Source: Octopus sinensis (Eukaryota). From it: a stretch of DNA of 64,000 nt. Location of the stretch: contig NC_043001.1 in the NCBI RefSeq assembly GCF_006345805.1, positions 124,001 to 188,000 on the forward strand, given 5' to 3'. Shown here piece by piece: positions 1 through 12,201 of the stretch; positions within the stretch are counted from its first letter, which is position 1, and every line of letters begins with the position of its first letter. The notes beneath the pieces are model-generated. The model was given only the letters and a program-made list of their open reading frames with translations. It made no database searches and was not told where the DNA came from. Made by a program: the position numbers and the translations under genes.

Positions 1-204
1 CTTTACTTCATCTCATGATATCATTACCTTCATTCCCTGTTGAGTACCTACCTGATGTACTCATTTCTTTCTTTACTTACCCGATGCGACACCTACAGGC
101 TGTCCAGACTAACTGTAAGCCTCTGTCAGTATACATCCATTTAATATCGATCTCGTCATTGTCACCCTTTATACGCAAGTTACTGGTAATTGTTAATATC
201 TTAT

Positions 205-697
205 TCTGCTCTAGGCACAAGGCCCTAAATTTTGGGAGAGGTGGGCAGTCAATTAGATCAACCCCAGTACGAAACTGGTATTTAATTTATCGACCCCGAA
301 AGAATGAAAGTTAAAGTCGACCTCGGCGTAATTTGAACTCAGAGCGTATATATTTCTTTACTACCCACAAGGGGCTAAACATAGAGGGGACAAACAAGGA
401 CAGACAAATGATGAAGTCGATTACATCGACCCCAGTGCGTAACTGGTGCTTAATTTATCGACCCCGAAAGGATGAAAGGCAAAGTCGACCTCGGCGGAAT
501 TTGAACTCAGAACGTAACGGCAAACGAAATACCTATTTCTTTACTACCCACAAGGGGCTAAACACAGAGGGGACGAATAAGGACAGACAAATGGATTAAG
601 TTGATTACATCGACCCCAGTGCGTAACTGGTGCTTAATTTATCGACCCTGAAAGGATGAAAGGCAAAGTCGACCTCGGGGTAATTTAAACTCAGAAC
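205..697 (-). mobile_element. Three tandem partial copies (~183-bp period) of a tRNA-derived SINE
   Basis: ATTTCTTTACTACCCACAAGGGGCTAAAC recurs at 352 and 535. The reverse complement contains GAGTTCAAATTCCGCCGAGGTCGAC (B-box-like), which also occurs in the SINE head at 48738. Confidence 0.75.
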
Positions 698-1600
698 TCT
701 CTCATTACTTTTCAGTAGGTGTTGTCTAAGTGACTTATGTGCCACTTAAAGACTGTCCGGACTATCTTTATGCCTCTGTCACATTCTGTCCATTTAATGT
801 CGATCTCGCTACTGTCACCCTTTATACGAAATTTACTAGTAATTGTTAATGATTGATACTAGTCAACGCTCGTAGTTGTTGCTACACACACTTACAGAGC
901 TAAAGCATTGTGGGATATATACAGACAGTTCTCAAATCCACATTTTCCAAAATCTGCTTAACCAATCGTTTCCGACTCTAATCACTCCAGCTTTACTCAC
1001 TGCAACAACATTTACAATATACTCGTTAATGTTTTTTCTTTTTCAATTATAACATACTTAACCAGAAATAAAAAGATAGACAGGCCATTAGACCCAATAT
1101 CTCTCGCTAATTACAATCACTTGTCATGACCAAATACAATTTCTATGTCTCACGAGCATCTTGTAACCAAACGTGTCTCTTGCCAAAAATATTATTACAG
1201 TACAGCTTGAAGACCTAAACATACACAGTGTGGTTGTCATAAATTTTTCTTTCCTCTTTATAGCCTATCATGTAGCATCTGAATCACCTTAACACAGCGG
1301 AAGAGGTGTTCACTCCTTTGAGGCAAGCCATTACATTATACAGTATCACTCTAAGCTTTAGTTCAAGCCAATAGCTCCGAAGATCACAATGTCATTCTCT
1401 TAATAGCATCGCCAAAATACTTTGGGATCTTAAAAAGGGTAATTGACTCTATAACCCATAGGGGAGGCACAGCGGTACAGCCAGCAAATTTCGGTGATGC
1501 CGATTCGGTTACACACATCGCATATATGCCGATAGGTCAATATATATAATTAAGTCTTATGCTTGTGAGTGAGTTTAACTTTCCATCGATATATATATAT

Positions 1601-1930
1601 ATATTAATTTATAAAAATAGGGTAAAGTAAAATAATTTACTTTACCACACACCGAGCTTTATAGAAATAGCAGCCAAATATTTGGCTATTTCTTCAACTG
1701 CAAGAAAAAGTCCCAGACAATGCATACTCAGAAATAACTCACATAGGTATAAGGGAAAAACAACGAAAGATCACATCCATATACCTATGTGAGTTATTTC
1801 TGAGTATGCATTGTCTGGGACTTTTTCTTGCAGTTGAAGAAATAGCCAAATATTTGGCTGCTATTTCTAAAAAGCTCGGTGTGTGGTAAAGTAAATTATT
1901 TTACTTTACCCTATTTTTATAAATTAATAT
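1601..1930. repeat. Fold-back inverted repeat, 151-bp arms, 28-bp spacer
   Basis: 1601-1751 is the reverse complement of 1780-1930 with one mismatch seen; it abuts (TA)n. Confidence 0.95.
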
Positions 1931-2018
1931 TTCAAATATACCGTAAATGGTCTTTTTACATACCGAACACTGCTCGGTCGAATTAATTAATAATTAATTA
2001 ATTCTACCCTTTTTTATT

Positions 2019-2195
<177 letters not shown>

Positions 2196-3612
2196 GGTAG
2201 CAGAGCGGAGGCCAAGGACTACAGACCTATCTCTCTGACCTCACACATCAGCAAGGTCATGGAACGAATAGTCAGAAGAAAACTAATCGCCTTCCTTGAA
2301 GAAAATGACTTGCTGCCTGACACCCCAACATGGTTTCCGACCAGGAAGAAGCTGCCTAACTCAGCTCTTACAACACTATGACTGGGTGCTGAAACAACTG
2401 CTCAACCACTCAAATGTGGAAGTGATATATCTCGACTTTGCAAAGGCCTTTGATAAAGTCGATCATGGAATGATATGTCACAAACTGCGTGATCTTGGCA
2501 TAGTTGGAAAATTGGGAGAATGGCTTCATGACTTTCTGAAGGATAGAAGCCAGTGTGCGGTGTTCCGCAAGGCACTGTTTTGGGACCGCTACTGTTCATA
2601 ATGGCTCTCTCAGACATGCCCACAGCCACGCAGAGAGCCACGATCAAAATTATGCAGATAATACAAATGTTTCGCAGGTAATACAGAACTCTGAAGACGC
2701 TATGCACCTACAATGTGAGCTGGATGAAATATACAAATTGGCTGAAAAGAATAGCATGCAGTTTAATGCTGAAAAGTTTCAAGCTTTGTGCTATCAGCAT
2801 GCAAAACTAAATGCACCACCCAATACATACACTGGACCTGAAGGGATTGCAATCCCAGAGGCACAATCAGTGCGAGACCTGGGCAGTTACGTCAGGAGTG
2901 ATGCAACCTTTCATGTGCATGTTGCTAAATTGGCAATGAAATGTAGGCGGCTGACTGGATGGATTATTAGAACTTTTTGAACAAGAGACCAGGAAACCAT
3001 GATGGTCCTCTGGAGGACACTTGTCCTAAGCCACTTTGACTATTGCTCTCAGCTATGGTCACCAACCAGTGTCAAATTAATCGCAGAACTTGAGCCAATC
3101 CAACGAAGCTACACGAAGAAGATAGCCTCTATGCAGCATATAAGCTATTGGGAAAGACTCAAGAGATTCAGACTATATTCCTTAGAGCGTAGGCGAGAAA
3201 GATATGCCATAATATACATCTGGAAGATCCTAGAAGGACTTGTCCCAAACTTTGGTACCGAGAGTTACGCAAATACTAGAACTGGGCGCCACTGCATAGT
3301 GCCAAGGACTCCAAATTTGCCATCAATATGTAGAACAAGATACTGCAATAGCCTAGGCTTCAGAAGTCCACAGCTCTTCAATATCCTCCCGAAGGACCTG
3401 AGAGACCTGCATTGGGTGGATGCAGATGTCTTTAAAATAAAACTGGATCTCTTCCTGTCAGGTGTCCCAGATGAACCAACTTCATGACAGGAGGTGCAGA
3501 TGAGGGCAGCTGCATCGAACTCTCTCATGCACCAAATGTCAATTGCTAAAAAGCATTCGTGAAGTAAAATCATGTAGCAACACCTAATGGCGGTGCCCCA
3601 GCATGACCACAT
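2196..3612 (+). mobile_element. 5'-truncated CR1/L2-group LINE, degraded reverse transcriptase and 3' end
   Basis: Motifs [42 protein letters not shown] and LYSLERRRERY across frameshifted ORFs 2296-3487. Confidence 0.9.
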
Positions 3613-4072
3613 AAATTCGAACCCAAGCTAAATAAGCAATAATAATAATACTTAGAGGTGCTACTTCTACTGCTACGACCATGACCACTAGCAATAACAA
3701 CAATACTAAAGGTGATCAAGATGAAGAGAGCAGGAAAATTATCTTATTTAGGGTTAAAAGTTCTATTGCCACCACCATCACCACTAGCAACAATAATTAA
3801 AGTGCTGACAATGATGATGATGACAATTGAAATATAAAAATCCCTGACAAAGGCTATTTACAACATTTCTAAAATTGCCCAACAATTGCTGCCTCAGCCA
3901 GGGTTAAGATACAGGACACTTGATATGTTCAACAAAGCATGACGCCTAAACCAATCAGCTTAAGTAATTGAGTGATACTACATACTGATTGGTCAGGGTA
4001 CAGTTTGCAAAACCTAGCAATCTGGAGCCTACACAGGTGTATTTAAGGTACAGATTTAATCATCTTGCTACA

Positions 4073-4292
4073 GTCATAAATTGAGAAGCATGACTGTCAC
4101 CACTACTACATGAACCTGAAGATTGCAGAATTTAATGCATGAAAGTACTAGTTCAATCAGAATGAACATTTAACATTCTTTTATTTTATTTTATTTTATT
4201 ATATTATATTATCTTATATTATATCATTATAAGATTGTAAATAAAACGTGAAAACCAGACAAGGCTGGAATTCCTTTTATTAATATATATAC

Positions 4293-4380
<88 letters not shown>

Positions 4381-4633
4381 ATATACGGGTGTGTGTGATT
4401 GTGTATAGAAGAATATATTAATAAAAGGAATTCCAACTTTGTCTGATTTTCATGTTTTATTTACAATCTTATAATGATATAATATAATATAATATAATAT
4501 AATATAATAAAATAAAATAAAATAGTAGAATGTTAAATGTTCATTCTGATTGAACTAGTACTTTCATGCATTAAATTCTGCAATCTTCAGGTTCATGTAG
4601 TAGTGGTGACAGTCATGCTTCTCAATTTATGAC
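4073..4633. repeat. Fold-back inverted repeat, ~210-bp arms around a (TA)n spacer
   Basis: 4073-~4285 is the reverse complement of ~4413-4633 with few mismatches. Confidence 0.9.
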
Positions 4634-4642
4634 TTCAATTTA

Positions 4643-4762
4643 TGGTTTCAAAACAATGTCATTAAAATTGCTTAGACGGTTGGTTGGGCATGCTGGACCA
4701 GCTATAATAGGTCTAAATTTTAGGAGGCGTTCTTGTTGCTTATTTTTGATTATATATATATA

Positions 4763-4826
<64 letters not shown>

Positions 4827-5041
4827 TATATAATATAATATATATATATATAATATATATATATATAGATATATATATATATATATATATATGGGTATGT
4901 TAGTACATAGTGGTTTCAAAACAATGTCATTAAAATTGCTTAGACGGTTGGTTGGTTGGGCATGCTGGACCAGCTATAATAGGTCTAAGTTTTAGGAGGC
5001 GTTCTTGTTGCTTATTTTTGATTATATATATATATATATAC

Positions 5042-5075
<34 letters not shown>

Positions 5076-5207
5076 ATATATATGGGTATGTTAGTACATA
5101 GTGGTTTCAAAACAATGTCATTAAAATTGCTTAGACGGTTGGTTGGGCATGCTGGACCAGCTATAATAGGTCTAAGTTTTAGGAGGCGTTCTTGTTGCTT
5201 ATTTTTG

Positions 5208-5210
<3 letters not shown>
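4643..5210 (+). repeat. Three tandem ~110-130-bp units separated by (TA)n
   Basis: GGTTTCAAAACAATGTCATTAAAATTGCTTAGACGG...TTGTTGCTTATTTTTGATTATA at about 4643, 4912 and 5102. Confidence 0.9.
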
Positions 5211-5264
<54 letters not shown>

Positions 5265-5613
5265 TATATATATATACATATATATAGAGATGTATTTATA
5301 AAGAATATGAGGGGTTTAATTCAGTGATGAGCTAAATGAATAGGTTCGCTGCGTAAGCGCTATAATTCTTTCTCCGTTGTGTTCCCAGTCCACAGCTAAG
5401 GCTGTAGCTAGGGATCCGGAGAAGGCTTCCGAGTTAACAGGGATATATTAAAGGAAGATGGACTACAAATCCAAAGCAGAACGAGTATCTCAGATCATTT
5501 AGTGTGATTATTTATAGTAAGGCGAAGTAGAAGCATTTAATGTCTGTTTCTGGGACGTCCCAGATGTTGGGACAGCATCTTGCTATTCCGTCATATATAT
5601 ATGTATGTATATA

Positions 5614-5670
<57 letters not shown>

Positions 5671-5877
5671 AAACAGTACTGGGAGAATAAGAACGGAACG
5701 AAGCGAACGAATCGAATCGAACCGACGCGAGGGCGCAGCCAAACAATAGTGTAATAAATAAGATATATACATACATACAAACATATATGTACGTACCTAA
5801 ATCTACATGTATATATACATGCATATATAATATATATACGTGAGTACAGGACACCACAACTAGGCGTAGAACTCAAC

Positions 5878-5915
<38 letters not shown>

Positions 5916-6022
5916 TAACAATTGAGGATAAAATCTTTAAAAGAAATTATCAGTAGTTAGCGTGAAAAACCTCGCAAGAGAAAAAATCCGTAAATTTTTC
6001 CACTTTGAAAATATTTATTTAT

Positions 6023-6218
6023 ATTATATTGAGGGTACTACTATTCGTAGATACCAGACGCTAAGAGGGACCAATGCAGTCAAAACTACTAAAATAAACA
6101 AAATTTTACCGAATGTAAAACTTCAAAGCAAATCATATAAAAAAAGTTTTAGTAGTTTTGACCGCATTGGTCCCTCTTAGCGTCTGGTATCTACGAATAG
6201 TAGTACCCTCAATATAAT
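6023..6218. repeat. Fold-back inverted repeat, 72-bp arms, 52-bp spacer
   Basis: 6023-6094 is the reverse complement of 6147-6218 with one mismatch. Confidence 0.9.
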
Positions 6219-6405
6219 AAATAAAAAATATATATATGTGTGTGTGCATGTGTGTGTGTGTGAGTGAGTATATGCATATATGCACATGCTCGTGGGTGTG
6301 TGTGCCCGCATGCGTATGCATGTACATGTGCGCTACGCTGATTCTATGAGCATCGTCTTACCTTAGATTATTTTTACTTTCTCCCTATTCGAGTAATTTA
6401 TCTTA

Positions 6406-6801
6406 CTAGCAGTATCACCCAGCGTTGCTCGGGCTTGTTTTTTTTCCGACCCTTTAGAATTGGAATTTTTGAAAAGTAAAAACTTTGCATTATGTAGCTT
6501 GTTATTCTCTTTAAGTGAACATTTTTCTGGTTGAAATACACCGAAAAATGGCGACACAGCAGTCAAAAAATCGTGAAAAATAGGGATTTTCATAGAAAAA
6601 AAGCACTTTTTTGATGTAAATTAATTTTTGGTGTTAACATGGTCCGATTTCAACTTCTTGTTCTAGCGAATGAAGAGCAAGCCTTCTATCATACTCTCAA
6701 TTTTGGTCAACTTGCGCCGCAGGGTCTCGGAGGAGATAGGTGTTAGTTGAAGTCTACCAAACCTAGCATATACAAGGCAACTTCAGCTTTATATATATAG
6801 A
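6406..6801 (-). mobile_element. Non-autonomous Helitron
   Basis: Minus strand starts TCTATATATAT, ends with the hairpin CCCGAGCAACGCTGGG then CTAG, and sits between A and T with no target-site duplication. Confidence 0.75.
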
Positions 6802-6904
6802 TATTTAACGGTCATTCTCATAGCTCTTTGTTTGTCTTAATAACGGTCGTCTTCATAGTAATTTCCCTTATCCAATGGTCATTTTCATAGCATTTTTGTC
6901 GTTT

Positions 6905-6967
6905 TAATAACTGACAAGATGCCGGAGCAGAATTCTGCCTCGACATCCGAAACTCTGAGTTTTATTA
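6905..6967 (+). ncRNA. Degenerate type I hammerhead ribozyme motif
   Basis: Stem I TAATAA/TTATTA, damaged core CTGACAA, stem II GATG/CATC, GAAA, palindromic stem III ACTC-T-GAGT. Confidence 0.5.
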
Positions 6968-7031
6968 TAACAACAGAATATTGTCACATATTATGTTATA
7001 TATATATATATATATAGCTTTGTATATATAA

Positions 7032-7400
7032 GGCGCAGGAGTGGCTGTGTGGTAAGTAGCTGCTAACCAAACCACCGGTGCGGTTCAGTCCCACTGCGTG
7101 GCATCTTGGGCAAGTGTCTTCTGCTATAGCCCCGGGCCGACCAATGCCTTGTGAGTAGATTTGGTAGACGGAAAACTGAAAGAAGCCTGTCGTATATATT
7201 ATATATATATATTATGTTGTGTGGTGTGTCTGTGTTGTCCCCCTAGCATTGTTTTGACCACCGATGCTGGTGTGTTTAGGTCCCCGTCACTTAGCGGTTC
7301 GGCAAAAAGAGACCGATAGAATAAGTACTAAAGGTGGTGCCAGCATGCCGCAGTCACATGACTGAAAACAAGTAAAAGAGTTAAAAGAGTAAAAGAGTAT
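7032..7400 (+). mobile_element. tRNA-derived SINE with internal microsatellite
   Basis: Head GGCGCAGGAGTGGCTGTGTGGTAAG...GGTTCAGTCCC (A/B-box-like), CORE-like TTGGGCAAGTGTCTT, tail GGTGGTGCCAGCATG then (GTAAAAGA)n. Confidence 0.8.
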
Positions 7401-7589
7401 ATCACAGGAAATGGATTTAATTAAAATTAAAAATTTAATTAAATTTTACATTTCCAGTAGTCTAACGTCTAAAAAAATTAGTCAAAAAACTATATATTAG
7501 TCACAACGATATAGTGTATATTTAAACAATAAGGAATCTACCTTATAGGGATTCTACATGCTAGAAATAACAGCTAGGTTCTAAACAAA

Positions 7590-7883
7590 ATATATATAAA
7601 ACTGAAGTTGTGCGAGAGTCTGTCTCCTCCGAATTAGATTCCTAACTACTCCCACATTTGCGGTGCAGTTTAACTAAGAGCGGGTATCTTATAGTCGTGA
7701 TTCATATCGAGCCCTTCTGGGTAATAGCGCTCGTCTACGATGAGTCTACGATGGTAAAAAATTACCATCATGTTTCATTTTTTAATGCATTTTTTGCTCG
7801 GTTTATATAAGGGAAGTAACTCTCTAAAAATGCTTATATAGTTATTTTCCTTACAAACCGAGCAACGCCGGCGATACTGCTAG
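7590..7883 (+). mobile_element. Non-autonomous Helitron, same termini as 6406-6801
   Basis: 5' TATATATAAAACTGAAGTTG and 3' CCGAGCAACGCCGGCGATACTGCTAG followed by T. Confidence 0.7.
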
Positions 7884-8040
7884 TCGTATATATATATATA
7901 TATAATATATATAATATATATATATATAATATATATATTTATATTATATATATATATAATGGATAGGTCTATGTACGTGTGCATGAGTGTATAAGCTTAT
8001 GTATTTAAAAGAAATATATGTCCAATTTTTCTCCTTTCAG

Positions 8041-8120
8041 AAATGTCCCAGGGGGTGTCTTAAAACCGTGAGCTACAAAAAAAGGTGTAGGCGGCCGCGA
8101 AAATGGTGTTCAATTTACGT
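8041..8120 (+). CDS. Candidate isolated Cys/basic exon (KCPRGCLKTVSYKKRCRRPRKWCSIY)
   Basis: Strong acceptor TTTTTCTCCTTTCAG and donor GTAAGT; only one frame is open. No transcript evidence. Confidence 0.35.
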
Positions 8121-8294
8121 GTAAGTACGAAGCCGAACCTTCTGGTATTTATTCATTGTTACAAAGTAAATTATTGAATCACGCCATCCACAATACCTTA
8201 GATACTACGGTAACCTTATTTTCGTCATCTTCTACTATGATATGTGTGTGAGTGTGTGTGTGTATGTGTGTGTGTGTGTGTGTCTGTGGTTGAG

Positions 8295-8712
8295 TATTAC
8301 TCTTTACTCTCTTTTACTTTTTTACTTTTTCAGTCATTTGGCTGTGGTCATGCTGGAGCACCGCCTTTACTCGAGCAATCGACCCCAGGACTTATTCTTT
8401 GTAAGCCTAGTAATTATTCTATTGGTCTCTTTTGCCGAACCGCTAAGTGACCGGGACGTAAACACACCAGCATCGGTTGTCAAGCGATGTTGGGGGTGAC
8501 AAAACACAGACACACAAACACACATATTATATATACATATACTTATATCGACGGGCTTCTTTTCAGTTTCCATCTCCCAGATCCACTCACAAGGCTTTGG
8601 TCGGCCCGAGTCTATCGCAGAAGACATTTGCCCAATGTGCCACGCAGTGGGATGAACCTGAAACCATGTGGTGGTAAGCAAGCTACTTACCACCACAGCC
8701 ACTCCTGCGCCT
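8295..8712 (-). mobile_element. tRNA-derived SINE, same family as 7032-7400
   Basis: The reverse complement starts AGGCGCAGGAGTGGCTGTGGTGGTAAG and ends AAAGGCGGTGCTCCAGCATGACCACAGCCAAATGACTG plus a GTAAAAGA-type tail. Confidence 0.85.
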
Positions 8713-8968
8713 GATTTACTATTTTGCATGGTCATGCTGGAGTGCCATCTTATAGGCTTTTTAGTCTCAGATCGATCGCAGCATTTAGTCAAAGTATTTA
8801 TTCAACCCACCATTTTTGCAGAACTTTTAAGTTAAGGAGACAAAAAATGAAAGCAGCACCTCGCATGTGGAACGATAGCAGATGCACAAACCTTGCCAGA
8901 ATGATACACACGTAATATAGGTGCCTAGACTAGAAAGAATATACTTTCCAGTTTGTTTACGTGCTATT

Positions 8969-9025
<57 letters not shown>

Positions 9026-9477
9026 TGTGTGTGTGTGTGTGCACGCGCGCGTATGTGTGTATGCAAACATTTATATAGATAGTCAAGCTTATGAGGCCCC
9101 TAACGAGACTCCCTCTCCTAGGGTCTTCTGGAATGCCCAGGAGAGATCCAGGGTGTCCGAGATGGTTACCGGAAAGATGGTTTGCTATTCGTCAAGGAGG
9201 GCCTTAATGGTTTTGTAGCGAATAGTCTTAAGCCAGTAGTGACACCATTTCTATCGAAACGGATATTCAGTATGTATGTATGAATGTATGTACATATATG
9301 TTTGTATGCATAAATGTGTAAAACTGAGTATGTATGTATATATATAAGTTCAGCAAAATTTAGATTCAAATGAATATAGTACTTAATTTAGATGCACCAG
9401 AATTCTGTATGGCGTTATCCATAAAATCCGTGGTGTGATTTATAATCAAAATAAGCAACAACAATGACTCCGGTAAT

Positions 9478-9563
9478 TTGGTACGATCGTTTCGTACTAA
9501 ATCATTTTATTAAATGTTGTAAGTATTACAACAGAATTAAAATGCCGAGTACTCATTAGCCAA
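9478..9563 (-). ncRNA. Type I hammerhead motif with one core mutation (CTAATGA)
   Basis: Minus strand TTGG CTAATGA GTAC...GTAC GAAAC GATC GTA CCAA; homologous to 12232-12322. Confidence 0.6.
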
Positions 9564-10399
9564 TTTTAGAGCTTTTCCATTAATACAAAAATTTTCATAT
9601 CACGTGGCAATATTATAGAGAAGGTAGATACATAAACAAGATGTGGATTTAAATTTTAAACATTTGAGGTAGTGGAGCTTATCAAACTGACTGACTAAGA
9701 TTCAATTGCTCCAGACTACTGCGAATGAAAAACAAGTGAGAGGAGACAATAAAGGTTTTCTAATTATAGAAATGGGGTAAAGGGATATCATAGCTCATAT
9801 AAGGAATTTGTGTGGAAGACAGCATTGTCACAACTAAATGCCAATTACTACTATTTGATGAACTGATCGGCGTTTGGAGAACTAGGTCAATATCAAATGG
9901 TCACAATAACATTCCAGAGAATGCAGAGACCTTACAAACCCTATGCATATCATCACAACAGTATTGGAGAACATTATAAATCAAAGGAGAATTAATTCTA
10001 AGTTTGCAATGAAGTTTTTTAATCATTTATGGGTGTTAAACTAAAACCAGTATGGTATATTCTTTCCTAATTTGGTTAAATATATTTTGTAAAGATATCT
10101 TAGACTAAATATATATTAAGAAATGGAAGTGAGATAATCAAGGGGAACTGAGTAGTTTCTTTAGGGACATAGGATTCATACTATTTAGTATTCCTACTAT
10201 TTGGTTCATGCTATTTAGAATTCCAACTATTTAGAATTCATACAGTTTAAATTTTAAAAAAGAAGAATATAATTTTAAGTTGGCAGTGAAGTTATTTTAG
10301 TTCTCTATAAACATTAAATTTGAAAGCTAGTATGGTATATTCCTACTTATTGGTTGTAAAGAATTAAAATTTGAAAAATATAGGAATATTCACAAATTA

Positions 10400-10800
10400 T
10401 ATTTTAAAGTATTCAAACGTTCGGGTCGTACGATGTATACAAGATGCTCCCAGCTCCAAACGGTTATTCAACAGATTTGTATTACTCTGCTGTTCCAACA
10501 TTTCATAGTTTCCATAGAACAAAGTTGACAACCATCCTACTATTCCTATAGGTTGCGCTCTTCTAACTATATCCCTTTTAGGTGAATTCTATATTATTTG
10601 TTTTTAGTTCCCAAATTTTACTAGATAATGTTGTGCAACTTGCCTTATGTTTGAGCCTAAAAGAGTAAAAATGTTGTTAAGACGTTTTTTTAAATCTACC
10701 GACAACCGAATACAGAAAGCTATTGTTTGACGTTATTATCGTGCATTTTATAAATCACGTTTTGGACCGAACGACGGCCAGATACCGGACATTTTGATCT
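10400..10800 (-). mobile_element. Penelope-like element, degraded GIY-YIG endonuclease C-terminus
   Basis: Frameshifted minus-strand translation gives TTLSSKIWELK, CQLCSME and LLNNRLELGASCIH, paralleling 13780-14135. Confidence 0.7.
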
Positions 10801-11056
10801 AATCCTACAACTACGACTGGGCGATAGTGTCGCGGTACTGGAATATTGAAGGACAGTTCACTTCCATTAATGTTATTTAAATTATTGTTAGTATTAGTAT
10901 TATTTTCACTATTAGTAATTACGTTGTTACGCAAAGTAGGGTTGCTAATTATTAATCCCTCCTCATTATTATCACCTACCATACTTTTATCTATACCACC
11001 TATATTATTGATATTGCTATTATCACTATTTACACCATGTTATTATTATATTATTA

Positions 11057-11121
<65 letters not shown>

Positions 11122-11185
11122 CATCAATATTAATTTATTATTATCACCATTATAATAATAATAATTATTATTATTATAATTATTA

Positions 11186-11216
<31 letters not shown>

Positions 11217-12060
11217 CATTATTATTATTATTGCTATTTTACTATTATTATTACTATCATTGTTGTTACTATTCATTCTACTCCTGGCTAACTTAATGTT
11301 TTTACTATAGTGGTAGCCATATTGGGAGAGTGGAATATGAATTCTCACTGATTTTTGGAAATTATTTATGATATTTATGAGAGGTTGGAAAATATTTCTA
11401 AATAGACATGAATTTACTGTACACATTCGTCGAGATCGCTCAATTAAAGGGGATATTTAGCCAGATGACATTTTCTTTTTCAATGGCTTGAATGTCATAA
11501 ACAGCCCGACGGGAAATAACATCATTAGGTGGGACAAGCTGACTGAATCAGCTTCGCTGACTGACAGGTGACGGTCGTTTAGAAAAAGCGCGGGCTGAAG
11601 CTACGCGCCTTCACTAGTCAGTTAAGGTGAGACAGTGTCACGTGAGACTTGCTGGGGCTGCCTGCTGGAGCCTAGAGCAAGGTATTTAGAGGGATAAATT
11701 GACAAGACAGTCAGTCAACGGCTGACACTCGCTGACAATACATCGAAGATGCCAGGAACAGAAGAAGGAAGAAAGAAACATGCACCCAACACCAGAGCTG
11801 AAGACACCTCCGAAAGGTGGGGCCGCCCGTCAAACGGTAGAGGAGTAGGGGCCGGAACCGACGTGGTTCCTCCTGATGACGACCTGAGCTAACTGGATCC
11901 TATAAAGAGCTGTTGTGGTAGCAGACCACGAAACCGGTTGTAATTCCCCCACGTGTAGTTTCTATTTTCTTTTTCTAACATATTTCTATTATATATATAT
12001 ATATATATATAAATGGATGAAGAATTATCCTTTGTTTACCGTTAATAAGGAAAATTATAA

Positions 12061-12112
<52 letters not shown>

Positions 12113-12142
12113 ATATATTTATATATATACATACATATATAT

Positions 12143-12201
<59 letters not shown>

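Noticed and set aside
4890-4940. Hammerhead on the minus strand of the tandem unit (GAAACCACTATGTA)
   Set aside because: Core has two substitutions and stems I and II do not pair.
9122-9269. Possible exon (GLLECPGEIQGVRDGYRKDG...)
   Set aside because: AG/GT sites exist but there is no recognisable domain and the phase does not fit the 8041-8120 candidate.
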